Program-made: the position numbers and the translations under genes
In this document: positions 51,291-63,673 of the stretch, in pieces
Layout of the letters: the number at the start of each line of letters is the position of its first letter
How positions within the stretch are numbered: position 1 is the stretch's first letter
The notes under the pieces: model-generated
Seen by the model: the letters and a program-made list of their open reading frames with translations, nothing else
The model's database searches: none
Told to the model about the DNA's origin: nothing
Assembly (NCBI GenBank): GCA_038496445.1
Contig: JALMLS010000573.1
Span: 186,001-250,000, forward strand
From: Trichosphaerium sp. ATCC 40318
Lineage: Eukaryota > Protista > Tubulinea
Reading direction: 5' to 3'
Length of the DNA: 64,000 bases

Positions 51291-52310
51291 GTCCCTCAAG
51301 CGGACAGAGAATAGCACTAATTGTAAGTCCCAAAAAGCGGGCACGTGCACAGCAATGTCAGAAAATAAAATGTAAAATTTTTTGTATTAAAAAAGGCTGC
51401 GGATGCTGCTCAAAATGACGAAAAAAAATGTACAAATATACGCATTCAATCTAACGCCTGTTGTAGTCCCTTATCCCCGCTGAACACTTTACGACAGGTA
51501 CCATCAAAAACGGATAAGCACACACTATTCGGTCTATGGAGATATCAAAGCTTTAGCGTGTTAATGTATCTCTAGAACGAATGGCTCTATTGTTATGTTC
51601 TAAGTGTGAAATAAATTATTTACTTTTTTACATGTTTTTTTGGCGTACTTTTTTTAATACACAGCTAAAAAAGCTTCAATCGAGCTTCATTGAGAATAAA
51701 GCACATGATTCGAGCCTAGAATCATCATTAACGGCTCTTGCAAATAAATTTATGCATTATGGGCTAAAATAAAGCTTATGGTACCACAATATGAACGTGT
51801 ATGTACAATGTACCTTTAAACGGCGTTTATCGCTCGGAAAACGCTTAAAATGTTGGTTTGCTGTGTTAATATTCTAGTCAAATCGAGTTCCCCAATACCG
51901 ATGTAGGGCAAGCGTGTACAAGCTTTTAAACGGTGTACATACATTTAACAGCTATTTGACATATGTTAATAAGGGTTTCAAGTCTGTACAGCCTTGCGTA
52001 ATCTGTAAATTCCAATATTCCGTCCTCTGTTACCATAAGCAATTTTACATTTTATGAAATACCATGAGTAATTGAAGGTCCCTTACTCTTTGAAAGTACA
52101 GTCCACACTGCATATGATACAGCATAACTTTCAGCAATAGTTAAACAATTGTAGCAGCATAGTTTCAAAGAAACTGTTTTTAGCAAGTACTGAAGTATCT
52201 CCATGTAAAAAGTAAGTTCTGTCTCTGAAACTTCTGTAGTGGTAAAACATAACTACAGCAAGCTTTGTGGACCTCTGATTCAATAAAGTACCAAGCAAGA
52301 GTGAGTATTT

Positions 52311-52348
52311 GGAATTGACTCAGATTATCAATAATCTGAGTCAATTCC
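52311..52348. repeat. 38-bp palindrome (18-bp arms); partial copy at 31147-31173
   Basis: GGAATTGACTCAGATTAT-CA-ATAATCTGAGTCAATTCC. Confidence 0.85.
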
Positions 52349-53919
52349 TTTTGACATTTTCATTTAAATATTATGTTCATCAACTTCTATTAAAAAGTAA
52401 CTTCCGTGTTTTGATACCTAAATTATTAAATACTCTATAACTGCGCATAGGTACACAATGGTTTATTGAGCACCTGCCGCCAAAAGGAAAGATTTGAAAA
52501 AGGTATCTGTGGGTTAGAATGATTGTTCAAAAGAATGACCAATTTACAGCAATCAGGTGCAGAGACGGGTGATGATAACTTTATGTGGAACACTGAAAGT
52601 GATAAAAAATGCAAGAAACGACAGAATGTAATCCTTAATCACTATGTTGTGAAAGAATTACCTGTAAAACATGGTGGTGTTAGAGGAGAAGAATATGATC
52701 CAAAGCAGAAAAAACTCGTTTTTATATTCAATGAAATAGTTTATTGAAGTACACTATTAATTACCAGCAAGTTCTGGTTCACCCAAATTGTAGACACAAA
52801 TGCGTTCTGAAGCATACCCAAAATTTGGCCAAAAATAACGTTTTTGAGGTGTGCTAGACTTTTTTTGAAAGTGTGAACTGCTTACAAAAATCGTCCCTAC
52901 ATACCTGTCAAACTCCAAAACCCTTTAAGAAATACCAGATACTCACTAAACTAAAAAAAGAACGCGGGACAGGTTAGTGTGTCCAAGAGTTGCTTTTGAA
53001 TCTCTCAGAAAAAACTATTTTTTTGGGATATTGTCGTTTGGCTTTGGAAGCTTTGCTTTGAGTTAAGCCTCAATTGTACGGTGCCTCTGTGGTTGCTTAA
53101 AAAATGAAAAATAAAACGATGTACACTTGCATATTGTAAAACGATGTGGTATATGCTGTGCTTCCATACGAGTTGCATTTACTATCCAAAATGAGATAAT
53201 TCGTAATTGTCAAATACAAGTAATTAAAAACCCAATTGATGATTTAGTGCAAAGCATACGTGCGTATGTGCTCCTTCAAGTACCAGGCAAAATTACTTGT
53301 TCTCCACTTTAGATTGCATTCAAATAGTGTAGCATGTCAAAGGTATCGTAACATATCGCCACTTCCTGTTGCAATATTGTGTTCTATTTCAACACATTAG
53401 AGTTGGGGTTGGAGTTTGGGTTGGTGCTTATAATTGTCCATCTGAGATTGAGATTGCGGTTGGTTAACATGTACTTGTAGACGCCCTTTCCTTTGCTGAT
53501 AAACGTTTGTTCTGAGGTTGTACTGGAGGACTAGCAAAATATTAGTACATAACAACCTTGCTCATCAAATGGTGTTGGAAACTCTACAACCGAGCTCGTC
53601 ATGGTGAAGGATTTTATAGTCTTTCTCAAATGGCTTTATTGGTTAAGATAGATATCAAAGAGACTTTCATCAAAATTGGTTTTTACCAAAGTGAGGTTAG
53701 GCGGTCGGCCCTTCCTTACTATTAACACTTGTACAATTGTAAATTTAACCTATGTGAAGGGGTGTAGCGGGTCAGTATGTATGTTGCTGATTAGGTGATA
53801 AAATAGATTGAAAACAAGCTATAGGGTAAATGAGTCAGCAACTTACATAGTAGATTGAAAGGTAATGATAGAATTAATGGAAGGGCGTGAGGGTCAGTAC
53901 CTCATATTGTTGGTAGCAG

Positions 53920-54005
53920 AGGAACGTAATGCCTTTGGCATAAGCGCTACCGTCCTGTCAAAGATTCATACTGTCAAGCAGGTTCGATCCCTGTGTTTGG
54001 ACGCC
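53920..54005 (+). other. tRNA-like remnant (pseudo-tRNA or SINE head)
   Basis: T-arm GCAGG-TTCGATC-CCTGT and A-box-like TGGCATAAGCGC. No convincing acceptor or anticodon stem. Confidence 0.3.
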
Positions 54006-55529
54006 CAGCACTAGTTGGGTTCTCTTTTTGAGGTAATTGGAGTTCATTGACGTTCATGTATAGACTAATAAAATCAAAATCAGGTTGAGCAAGGGAGATA
54101 GGGGTGGGGATAAACAAGGGGCAACTGTAACACTAGCACGAAATACGCAAAAAACCTAAAATTAAGTGGGATTTTTTGGGTACGCTATTAGATGGATATA
54201 GTTGGGTTAATAGCTGTCTGTAGAAATACGCCTTTGTATACCATTACATCGTTTTCTTCTTCCTCCTTGTTGCCTTATTTCTTAGTCATAAGGCGCTGTC
54301 TTGTGCGTTTGGGGAACTAGATTTACTACTAGTGCTACCTCTGAGAAGCTCAAAGTGCCAGTTCTTGAAATAAGCTTGTGCTTAGGTTGTTTACCTATTC
54401 AGAAAATAGTTAGTGCTTGGTGTTTGTAGTCTCTACAGGGACTAAAATACTATCCAAAAAAACAAAAAAATAGATTGACAACTAAATGGCACAGTACCTC
54501 TCTTAGACACTGTTGAAGCTCCCTTTTCGCATATAACTGTAGGTTGGGTACGAGAGTCCTCAAAATCGACAATTCCATGTTAGAGCACTGCAATATGATG
54601 ATATTTAAAAAAGACCAAAAAATACAACAACTTTTTTACCTAGTTGTTACTTACCTTACCTTCTACTTCTCTATTTCGGCTGAAACCTGTCTGTGCCTAT
54701 TCAAAATATGTTCTCAGACACCTCTTTGGGTTGCTTGATGCCCTTTTCAAATTCCACTTGACCTATGTAGTCACTAGAAATAAGAGTGAGTGAGGTTTAA
54801 TTTGATTAACAAGATGGTGTTGTGTTGTTTTACACAGGGTAAATACTAATGCTAACACCAGCACTATTAATACTTACTTGACATTCTCTGGTAACAAACT
54901 GAGAACATGTCAAAGAACAACTTCAACATTTGAAAATGTCAAGTGTTGTGCCAGGTGATGTGTCTGAAAGGCAAGTCACATTGTTCACAGAGAATACGAA
55001 TGTCCTACCAGAAACTTGAGAACAAAGGTGCTAGTACAAATAGTAGACTTTTTTTCTATGCAGTTGAAACTTAAGAAAAATAATTTTGAGCCATCAACAC
55101 AATTTCACAGTCTGTAATAATATTTGCTGTTGCTACATACGGTTGGCATGTATAAAAAAAGTTTTGATACTGTGATGCTTGTAGTTGGTGCAGGGCAGTA
55201 CACTTGTTGCAACTACTTTGCTTTGTTTTGCGTTTTCCCTAGAACAGCGGGTAGTTAAAAAAAAAATAGCTTACTTTATGACACTTTCAACTTCAGGAAA
55301 GTCAATTATCATGGCTTCCACTATGTAAGTGTTCTTTGGTGTAGAGCACGCATAAGCCAAGTGTGACAACATATTCAACGCAAAGAAATTCTTTATGAAC
55401 TCATTTTGTGCTTTTTTAGAGCATGCTGCTCCATCTGCTCTATTGTGAGCACGTAGGGTACTAAAAAATTCCATGTAAAAATAGCGTTGGCATTGCGGCG
55501 CTGTATACGGAGTTGAAGTTTGGCAACAG

Positions 55530-56046
55530 CATAATGTATTGCCGGTTTCATTCAAGTTTTGAGACAGACTGACTTTTAGCAAAAAAAATCCAGTTTCTGC
55601 CCGATCTGTCAGATCTGACGGATTTGACACTTCTGATAGATCTTGCAAATTGTCATTTTTTAAATGTGAGCTACCCGTACGTTGAGTTTTTGAAGCAAAA
55701 CTAAAGCAAACAGTGTTTGAGGCATCTTACCGTGTTTGGCGGTAATGCGATAGTTTTGTACGACATCACACCTTTTTAATTCGCTTTTAGCGCATTGAAC
55801 CTTATGTGGTTTGATCGTACAGTTTGCGTGGGTAAAATGCTGCGATTTTCTTCCATGGTCTGTTGAAACTTACATTGAAAATCTTAAGGTACCTAAGTCA
55901 TATAATGAAGGACAACATTGTAACACAAATAGTTCACATTGTGATAGATCTACGCCATTTGACAGAAGTGTCAGATCTTGCTAGATCTGCTAAAAGTGCT
56001 AAAAACTCACTTTCTAGCAAACTTGAATGATATAGACAATATTGGA
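55530..56046. mobile_element. MITE with imperfect TIRs and AGATCT-rich subterminal repeats
   Basis: TATTG.C....TCATTCAAGTTT at the left end and AAACTTGAATGA....GACAATA at the right end, plus inverted GACACTTCTG/CAGAAGTGTC. No TSD found. Confidence 0.6.
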
Positions 56047-56274
56047 TATTTTTTAATGTTCCTTTTTGCAACGAGTAGTTTTTTGGTCCGTTTACTTTAC
56101 TTTTATTTGTCTGCGTTGCACTGAACGACCCAATCGCAGGCTAGCGTACATTGGGGCTAGCCAAGGGTTTACATAGGAGTTGCACCTACCGCTCTCAACG
56201 CGGGAAGAACAGGACGCCTCCTACTAGGACCGTAATTGTGTGGGTGTGACCCAACCGCCCTGGGAATGATCGTG

Positions 56275-59200
56275 TCAAGCTGAAAAAGCTGACCAGGTTC
56301 GTAGAAAGTTCGGAATAATGTTTGACTTAAGAAACGCCTGTAGGCGCTCGTGTTTAAACTTGTGGAGGAATTGTCGTCGGGAGCACATGCTACTACCGTG
56401 ATGTATGTTGTTGTATTCAAGCCATACCATGCGTAATAAGACTAAGAATTCGACTTGATGTTTAGGTTTGAGATTAGCCAAGTTGTATAGTGTAGATGGA
56501 GTGTATGGGTATGCAAGCCTTTCAGCAGCACACAGGATAGTGGCTAGGTTAGCCGGAGGAGATTTGAATAAGATCCAAGTAATAGTGATTTGTGGGGTAT
56601 TGTAAGAGCATTTAAGTGTGCGGATGATAGCACGATGAGCCAGATCACGTAATAGAGGAAGATTTGTCCAAGGATGGAGATCTCGCCAAGCGTCTATAGT
56701 GAAGTGATACGAAGCGCCTTTATCACTCCACAACCCAAGGGCATGGTACCAGTCGTTCCATTGTTTATGGTAAGGTTGTGAGCCGTATTTAAACAGAAAG
56801 ACCTCAAAGAGACGAGCCAGCATTGCTTTGTTGTGACGAGAGGGGTCCATGAGTGCAAATCCACCAACTTTGACAGGGTTATACAAGCGGCTAGGTTTGC
56901 GTCTGGTAGACCAGCTAGTAAAGAAGAACTTAGCTGTGATAGTGTGAATAGAGTGATGCTGATGAGGTACAGCGGCCAACATTCGAAAGAAATAAGTGAA
57001 GCAAGGGAGTCCATATGACGTGTACAACACCTTTTTACTGCGCATGGTGTGCGTGAGGAACTGCCATCTGGACATCATACCGTCATACTTCTTAAGGACT
57101 TTGTAGATGTTGTTGATGATACCTTCTGTGTCAAAGTCAAAGCCAAGGTACCGGACTTCCTTTGGAGCATTGTAAGTTGGAACAACACCTTTAACTATAG
57201 ACATGCATTTAGAATGATTAGTGGTGAGGCCAGTAGCGCGTGCAGCTAGGTCAAGACACTCCACCAAGGTAGAAGCATCATTGGCACGACATGGGGCAGC
57301 AAGATCATCTGCAAAGGCCAGAGATGTAACTTTGATACCAGCAAAATCAAACCCAATGTTTTTGTCTTGCAGCATCGCCAATAAAGGCTCTAATGTAAGA
57401 ACAAAAAGTGTAGGCTACAAAGGATCACCTTGTTTGACACCTTTGCGAACCATAAATGGCTTAGAAAGTTCATTGTTGGCAGTGACTTGAAAGGAAGCAC
57501 CGTGAAGCGTAGCCATGATCAAGTTGAGCAAGCAAATAGGAACTTTCAAGTGCAAGAGTGTGCGGCGTATAGCCGAATGTGCAACAGAATCAAAGGCCTT
57601 CTTGAAATCAACAAATATTATCTCAAACTCGTCACACAGAGGGTCTTCTTGGGTTTTGAAAAAGCATTCTTCCAGCATAATGACATTGGTGGAAATGTCT
57701 CTGCCAGGAACAAAACCGTTTTGTGTAGGTGAGATGGTGTGAGGTAGGGCCATAGAGAGTCTGTTGTTAAGGAGAGTGGTCAAGATTTTATAATCCACAT
57801 TGAGCATAGCTAAGGGTCTACGAGAGGCTGGAGAGAGTATGTCGCCCTTTTCTTTGTAGATAGAGATGAATATGCCTCTAAGGAACTGAGACGGGAGTGT
57901 AGTAGCACCATTAGCTCTGAGGTCTTCAAAAATACGCAAAAACATTTTAGCAGCACCACTATTCTTGTGGTAAAAGAATGCAGGCAGGCCATCAATACCA
58001 GGGCTTGAGGTGGCTTTGAGCTGGTGTATTGCTTTTTTGACTTCTTTCAAGGTAAAGGGTGCATTCAATAGCTCCATAACTTCATCAGGTATAGTACGCT
58101 TCAAATGCTTCAATAAGATGCTGTGGATTTTGGGATGGTTAGCACGCCTAGCATACAACTTCTCATAAAAACTGCGCAGAACTTCCAAAGTAGATGTGGA
58201 TCCTTCAGCCAGTGTACCATCAGCACGTTTCATGCGGTTCAAAACGCCACGCTTAACCCTAGCTTTGAGCCTTGCTGAGAGGACCTTGTCTGGGATCTCA
58301 GTATGAGCAGGATTGTGTACACCAAGCTTAATGTATCTAGCTAATCGGAACTTGCTTTCATAATAATGCAGCTGGTTTTTAAGAACCAAAAACCTATCAG
58401 AGTTGTGATCAGTCTTGGCCATGATCGTCTTAACCAGTTCACGCTTTTCACGTATAACTGTGAACAGGTTTAGTTGGTATTGCTTGAGTTGCTTAACCAC
58501 CAATCGTTTTAGTTTGAGCCAGTCTTTCAGGTTGTTAACACTGTCATAGTTGAAGGAGTCTTTAGCCTTGTGGAGAGATGACGTGAAGCGCATCCAGTTA
58601 TGAAGCTTCCAACGAGGCTTGACACCTTTTTCCACCTTGCCAGTGCGAATGTGACAGTACAGCATACTGTGATCATATCTGCTGTAACCAGAATCAGTGC
58701 CAAAGTCATTAACATGTGAAGCAAGCTCATGGGTAGTAAAAATATAGTCAATTCGACTCTGCTGATTTTTAGAGTCATGTGTATAGAACTTGGTATCCGG
58801 GTCCAAATCTACCAAGTAACGTTCATTAACCAAAGTACATAGGTTATTGGAACCAACGTATCTCCTAGAAGATGGTGATATGTCAGTGCTGACCTGCTTG
58901 GCATCAAAGATGGTGTTGAAATCACCAACAAGGATATCTACATCAGCTAGAACAGAGCGCATATCATCAAAAAACTTAGGGCGATAGTTGTATTTACAAG
59001 GTGCATAAACAACAGCAACCTTGTACACACGGTTGGAAGCATGAATATCAGCAGTAATAAGGCGTCCTTGGAACTTAGAGTGAGTCAAGACATTGTGCAC
59101 TGACCATCCATCCCAGAACAGAAGGATAGCAGTACCAGAGAACTTACCACCTAAGGAATAAGGAGCAAAAAAAGTATCTTGTTTAATAAAAGCAGGTTTG

Positions 59201-59340
59201 TTTTGTTTCCAGTGTGTTTCGGCTAAAAAAAGAATATCTAGTTGATGATATGAAGCTTTATTTAGTACAAATTTGTATTTATTTCTAGATCTTAGAGCGT
59301 TACAGTTCCAAAAGGCAAATTTAAGATCAGACATTGCCAT
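56275..59340 (-). pseudogene. LINE ORF2: AP endonuclease + reverse transcriptase, with one in-frame stop at 57415-57417
   Basis: FWNCNAL, LAETH, VGDFN, SRIDYIF, YDH (APE). SPGIDGL, RPLAMLNVDYKIL, QNGFVPGR, VDFKKAFDSV, QGDPL*PTLF, LAFADD, YLG (RT). Confidence 0.95.
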
Positions 59341-60322
59341 CAGGTTCTCACATCATACAGACCATCTCCATGTCTAGGCTTCTTAGCACCATAGTCGTTG
59401 AGAGAGGCACTGTTATCCACCTTCATAGGAGTTGGAGTTTTAACAGGGTATACCGGCTCTGCAACAGCTGTAGGTGGAGGAGCAGAATAGGAGTTGGAAG
59501 AAGGATCACCAGGTTGGAGAGTAACAGTTGCAGCCATGGTATTGCTATTGTTGGAAAGAGCCACTACCTCAGAGAGAGCTTTAGCTTTGGCAGCTTCAGC
59601 TTTTTGGCGTTCTCATTGGCGTTTGTTAGGGTGCTTAGTACATTTATGCTGAGGTTTATCCTTAGACGGAACAAAACCACTTGAATGATAGCGGATGCGA
59701 ACTTCCTCATTATCTGTACGAACCACAAAACTACCATACTGGAGTTCTGGACACCGTGCTGATAATTTAGCAACTACTCGGTCGGTTGGAAGGCCATTAC
59801 CCAGCGTAACACGCTCACAGCTAATGATGCAAGCGCCAGCAGCAGTGAGCATGCTAGTGAGCACAGCCGTACAGACCAGACCAGGAACGCCGATAAAAGT
59901 AACAGTTTGGTGGGAAGGAAGCGTACTTTTAAAACTGTCCAAGAAGCCCCAGACAGGTCACTGAGCATCTCATTACGGCCAGAAGTGATGGCTTGAAAGC
60001 ATAGTTGGTCATGAGGTCCACTTCCTCAGATGTCGGTTTGACGCCAGCAAAAGACGTAGGCCTAGTTAAATAAGTACAAATCATGTGTAAAAACAATAAA
60101 TAAAAACAAATAAAAGAATAGAAGTATTTAAATTGGTTGGGCCTCATACCATGTAGAGGTGTTCGGAAGCGTAGCATCAGGCTGTTTCTCGCGAAGGGTA
60201 GCTTGTGCTTGCTCATAAGGTACGAAAGTGGCCCAGACCATCAAGGTAAGAGGGTTGGCTCCAGTCTTTTCGTCTACGAACTTGGCCAGTTCAATTTCTA
60301 ACCGGTCGGTGACACTTGTCAT
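59340..60322 (-). pseudogene. LINE ORF1 with an apparent 88-nt intron (60062-60149), at least one frameshift and one TGA; its stop overlaps the ORF2 start (TGATG)
   Basis: MTSVTDR...PNTSTW|PTSFAG...TVTFIGVPG...KRQ*ERQKAEAAK...DVRT*. Confidence 0.65.
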
Positions 60323-60618
60323 GCTTGTAGTACTAAAACAAAGGTAAGGCACTCGATACGCAGTAAAGGTCCCGTACACCATAATTGTAATTTCCTTTGA
60401 GCGGGAGAAGTTGCGACAATGGTAAGTAGTTAAGTCGGCCTTTTGGTCCGTTTATTTAATGAGTACATAGTACGAGTAAATTAGGTCCTAAAAACAAACG
60501 AGTGGTGAATTGGGCTTTTTCTTTCGATAGCACTTTTTTGTAGACACACCAGAAACTGGCTTGTCTTGCTATTTCAAAGAAAAGCGCCTCGCTTAATATG
60601 TATTATGATAACGTACTT

Positions 60619-62607
60619 AAAGAAACGCTATTGGAGTTACTCAAAAAATCAGAATGGAAGGTTGGCTTTAATGACGGCCCAAGAACCGAACCAATGATAG
60701 CGAGATATAAAAAGGAAGTGTTTGAGAGTTTTGTTCTCTCTGTAGTAGAGGATGGAATCACGAAATATGTTATCGGATCTGATGGAAGCGTGATAGAAAA
60801 CGCTGAAGCGTTTTCAGCTGTAGCGTTTGCAGATAACAAAAGGGCATGCATCAAGTCAGCTACACTATTTCACGATGACTCCACAGGATCGGAACTAGAG
60901 GCCATCGAACTGGCTATTAAGGCTACGCCAATAGACACTCATATTATTAATATTACCGACTCTCTGGGTTCTAAACAACTTATAGAGGGCTACAATGACA
61001 AAACAAAAGTGGAAAAGTTTTGATGCAAATATGGACATACCTTAACTCGGATCACAGACCAAATAAAGCGCCGCAACATAGCAGGCGCTACCACCGAACT
61101 GATCTTCTACCCTAGCCATGCCAACACTAGCTTGGATAAAAAGAAAAAAGCTGACAAGGTTCGTAGAATACTAAAGAAGAGATTCAGTGACGCTGATATT
61201 GACAAGTTTCAAAAACTTAACGAGCGAGCGGATTGGGCAGCTGGCACTGATGAAATACCAGTACAAAACAAGTCCTTGATTAATACCATAGCGGTCCCAG
61301 TTGGAGCCCCAAACTGGAGCATGCATAATAAATGGAATGGTAAAAAAGTGTTCCATGACCCATGGATGGAATTCCGGAATGAAGGTGAGGCAAGTAAAAT
61401 AAAAGAAATGGAGACTGTCTCGGTTGCCAACAGACGATCGCGTATAGGGATTCAATACAAAGACTCCTGGTTTCCTGACAGTACGTACACACAGGCTGCT
61501 ATTAAAGAGTTTGTGTTTAGAGCTAGAAATAATTCTTTGCGCCTTAACAAGGCATGTCATAATACAAGAAGAGCAGGCAAGGCCGAGTCTGTGTGGTCCA
61601 AACACAACCACATTATGTACCCGTACCCATACTGCGGAGTTTGCCACAAAACAGGTAGTGAAGTTATAGAAGACTATTATCACTTTTTGGTTTGCGAAAA
61701 TGGTGATTTTAACTTTCGGTTTCATTTTATTACACACATTTGCCGTATTGTTAATCACGTTCTTTTCTGGAAACACACTAGACTATCGTGGGAAGAGTCA
61801 GATGCCAATAGGTCATGTATCATTAGGGTTACAGACGGAAATGTATTTGTATTACTGGATATGGTAAAAACATGGAAAGTATCTAACGAGATGCGAGAGG
61901 TAGCCATGCTCGGTATGAGCGAGGAAAAAACCACCATGTATCGAGAGCTCTTCACAGACAACATGCATCAAGGCATGCCTGTCATCACGAGAGCGGAGGA
62001 ACTAGCAGAGATGTGGGGTGCTCAAAAAGATATAAATGACAACTTTGCGTATCGTACATCACAAGGATGGGTTATGAAGGGCATGATGGAACGAGTGGCT
62101 AACGTATTGGGTCTGAACAAACATAAGGCAGCCCAGGCTACTAAGATGATCAATAATGCGTACATGACGCTAGCGTACCGTAAATACAAGGCGAGATGTA
62201 CTATGGAAGCGAAAATCAGAGAAGAAAGGGGTAGGAAAGTTGGTAGAGGTTGTTGGAGAGCTAGCCGGCGGTCCCGGACACAAGGTCCGGACGCAGGCGT
62301 TACATAGAACTAGTATACTATGGAATGGACAGGAAGGTATTTGGAAAATCACAGAAGATACGGATATGGATGTAATGGAGGAATGGATATGGAACGAACT
62401 ATGTAAGGGTAAACAGGTTTTTACGCCGGGGTGGCTTTTCCTGTGTCTGGGAGGTTTTCTGTAACTTTTCCCCCAATACTTTTAATTTTTTACAACTATG
62501 GTCCTAGTGGCCGTGTCGGGTGTTTGACGACTTCTTTAAGCGGCCTTTTCTGCGCCCTGCAAGTCAACGCCAGACAATAAACAATAAACAAACAAACAAA
62601 CAAACAA
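60619..62607 (+). mobile_element. 5'-truncated RNase H-encoding LINE with (AAAC)n tail
   Basis: 14-bp TSD ATGATAACGTACTT at 60605-60618 and 62608-62621. RNase H motifs GSDGS, SELEAI, ITDS, PSH, NERAD, then zinc knuckle CGVC...HFLVC. Single in-frame TGA at 61021-61023. Confidence 0.9.
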
Positions 62608-62783
62608 ATGATAACGTACTTGTCATGCATCAGTTTACAGCAGATGATTTAGCTGTTGTAGAGACCTCTCATGACTATCTTGCCTTCTACACCTGGTAGA
62701 GTATGTCAGCGCTGTAATCAAGTCGCTCCTTCCTCTAGTTACAATTTCTGTCACGCTTGTAGCTATGATTTACGCATATGTAG

Positions 62784-63673
62784 TGTAAGGGTACGAAGGT
62801 TGGATATATGGAAACTAAGTATTTATTTAAGTAACGTAGTTAAGTACAGAGCGTTACAGATACTCCCTCACTAGGACAAACGTGGTGAAGAATCGAAGAC
62901 CACGTGTAGGCTGGAAAAAGTAAAAGGTCTGTAATTAACAAAGTTGGTTGCTGACATGAGTGTCCAGAGTTTCTTTGGGATCTTGAGGCCACTATCTGTG
63001 AACAAAAGTTTACTATGAGCGTTTTGGTACTAATCTTAAGGCCGGCTATTTGTTAACAGGATCTTCGCTTACTTTATTGCTACCTGAACCTATTGTAGAT
63101 GCCTGATTTTCGCTTCAGCTTCATGCTTCTGTTGTTACCATGATCGCTTGTTGGATCTCGAGCTCTTTTGGGTTAACATTTTGAGGATTTTTTTTTTTTT
63201 TTAGGATTTATCTCTTTCTTTGAGTACCACCCCATCAACCGGAGCCACAGGTATTTAACACCTCGTGCCATAATAGAATTTTCTGATGCCGTGTCAACGT
63301 TTTTGATGTCTTGTGGACGATCTAGTTCAAATTTATGTGAGAACAATCAAATAAAACCTTTTTTGAGAAAAGGAGTGAGTTTCCGCCTGTTTTTGGCCAA
63401 TACTGTCCAGTTATCGTATTTTTTTCTTCATTAAGGTGAGATTATTTCTTTGAGGTCGGCTTTGCGGTGGGGTGTCCCTAGTACCCTCTGCTCGCTTTTT
63501 TGAATTTGTTGCCTTGCTCTAATCTCCACCTTGTCCCACTTTCTCGAGTTATTGGGCTCGAATATAATATGCAGGTTAAAATCGCGCTGTGTTCGCCATG
63601 TAAGGGTACGAAGGTTGGGTATATGGAAACTAAGTATTTATTTAAGTAACGTAGTTAAGTACAGAGCGTTACT
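62784..63673 (-). mobile_element. TRIM-like non-autonomous LTR retroelement (890 bp) with 75-bp LTRs
   Basis: Direct repeats at 62784-62858 (TGTAA...TTACA) and 63599-63673, 2 mismatches, both flanked by GTAG. On the minus strand, PBS-like TGGCGAACAC directly follows the 5' LTR and purine tract GAGGGAG precedes the 3' LTR. Confidence 0.85.

Larger units (their letters stand above)
47190..51965 (+). mobile_element. piggyBac-superfamily transposon (~4.8 kb); boundaries tentative
   Basis: Transposase inside. TTAA at 47186-47189 and 51966-51969. Imperfect inverted subterminal match: GTACATTTATTAAACGCTTTTACA vs the reverse complement of the right end, GTACACCGTTTAAAAGCTTGTACA. Confidence 0.55.
56095..60440 (-). 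mobile_element. Full-length L1/Tx1-like LINE (ORF1 + APE-RT ORF2)
   Basis: 14-bp TSD TTTTGGTCCGTTTA at 56081-56094 and 60441-60454. 3' tail AATAAAAGTAAAG. Confidence 0.92.

Noticed and set aside
52459-53520. Possible transposase N-terminus and LINE zinc-knuckle remnants
   Set aside because: Too degraded to support a call.
53708-53890. GCCCTTCC...GGAAGGGC inverted pair resembling the inner MITE's TIR
   Set aside because: Only ~8-10 bp match and no TSD.
53920-54005. Functional tRNA gene
   Set aside because: Only the T-arm folds, so it is kept as a low-confidence remnant.
57415-61023. In-frame stops (57415, 59613, 61021) as stop-codon reassignment or programmed readthrough
   Set aside because: Host genes end normally in TAA, TAG and TGA. 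Each stop is one substitution from a plausible sense codon (e.g. TCG, CGA), consistent with TE decay.
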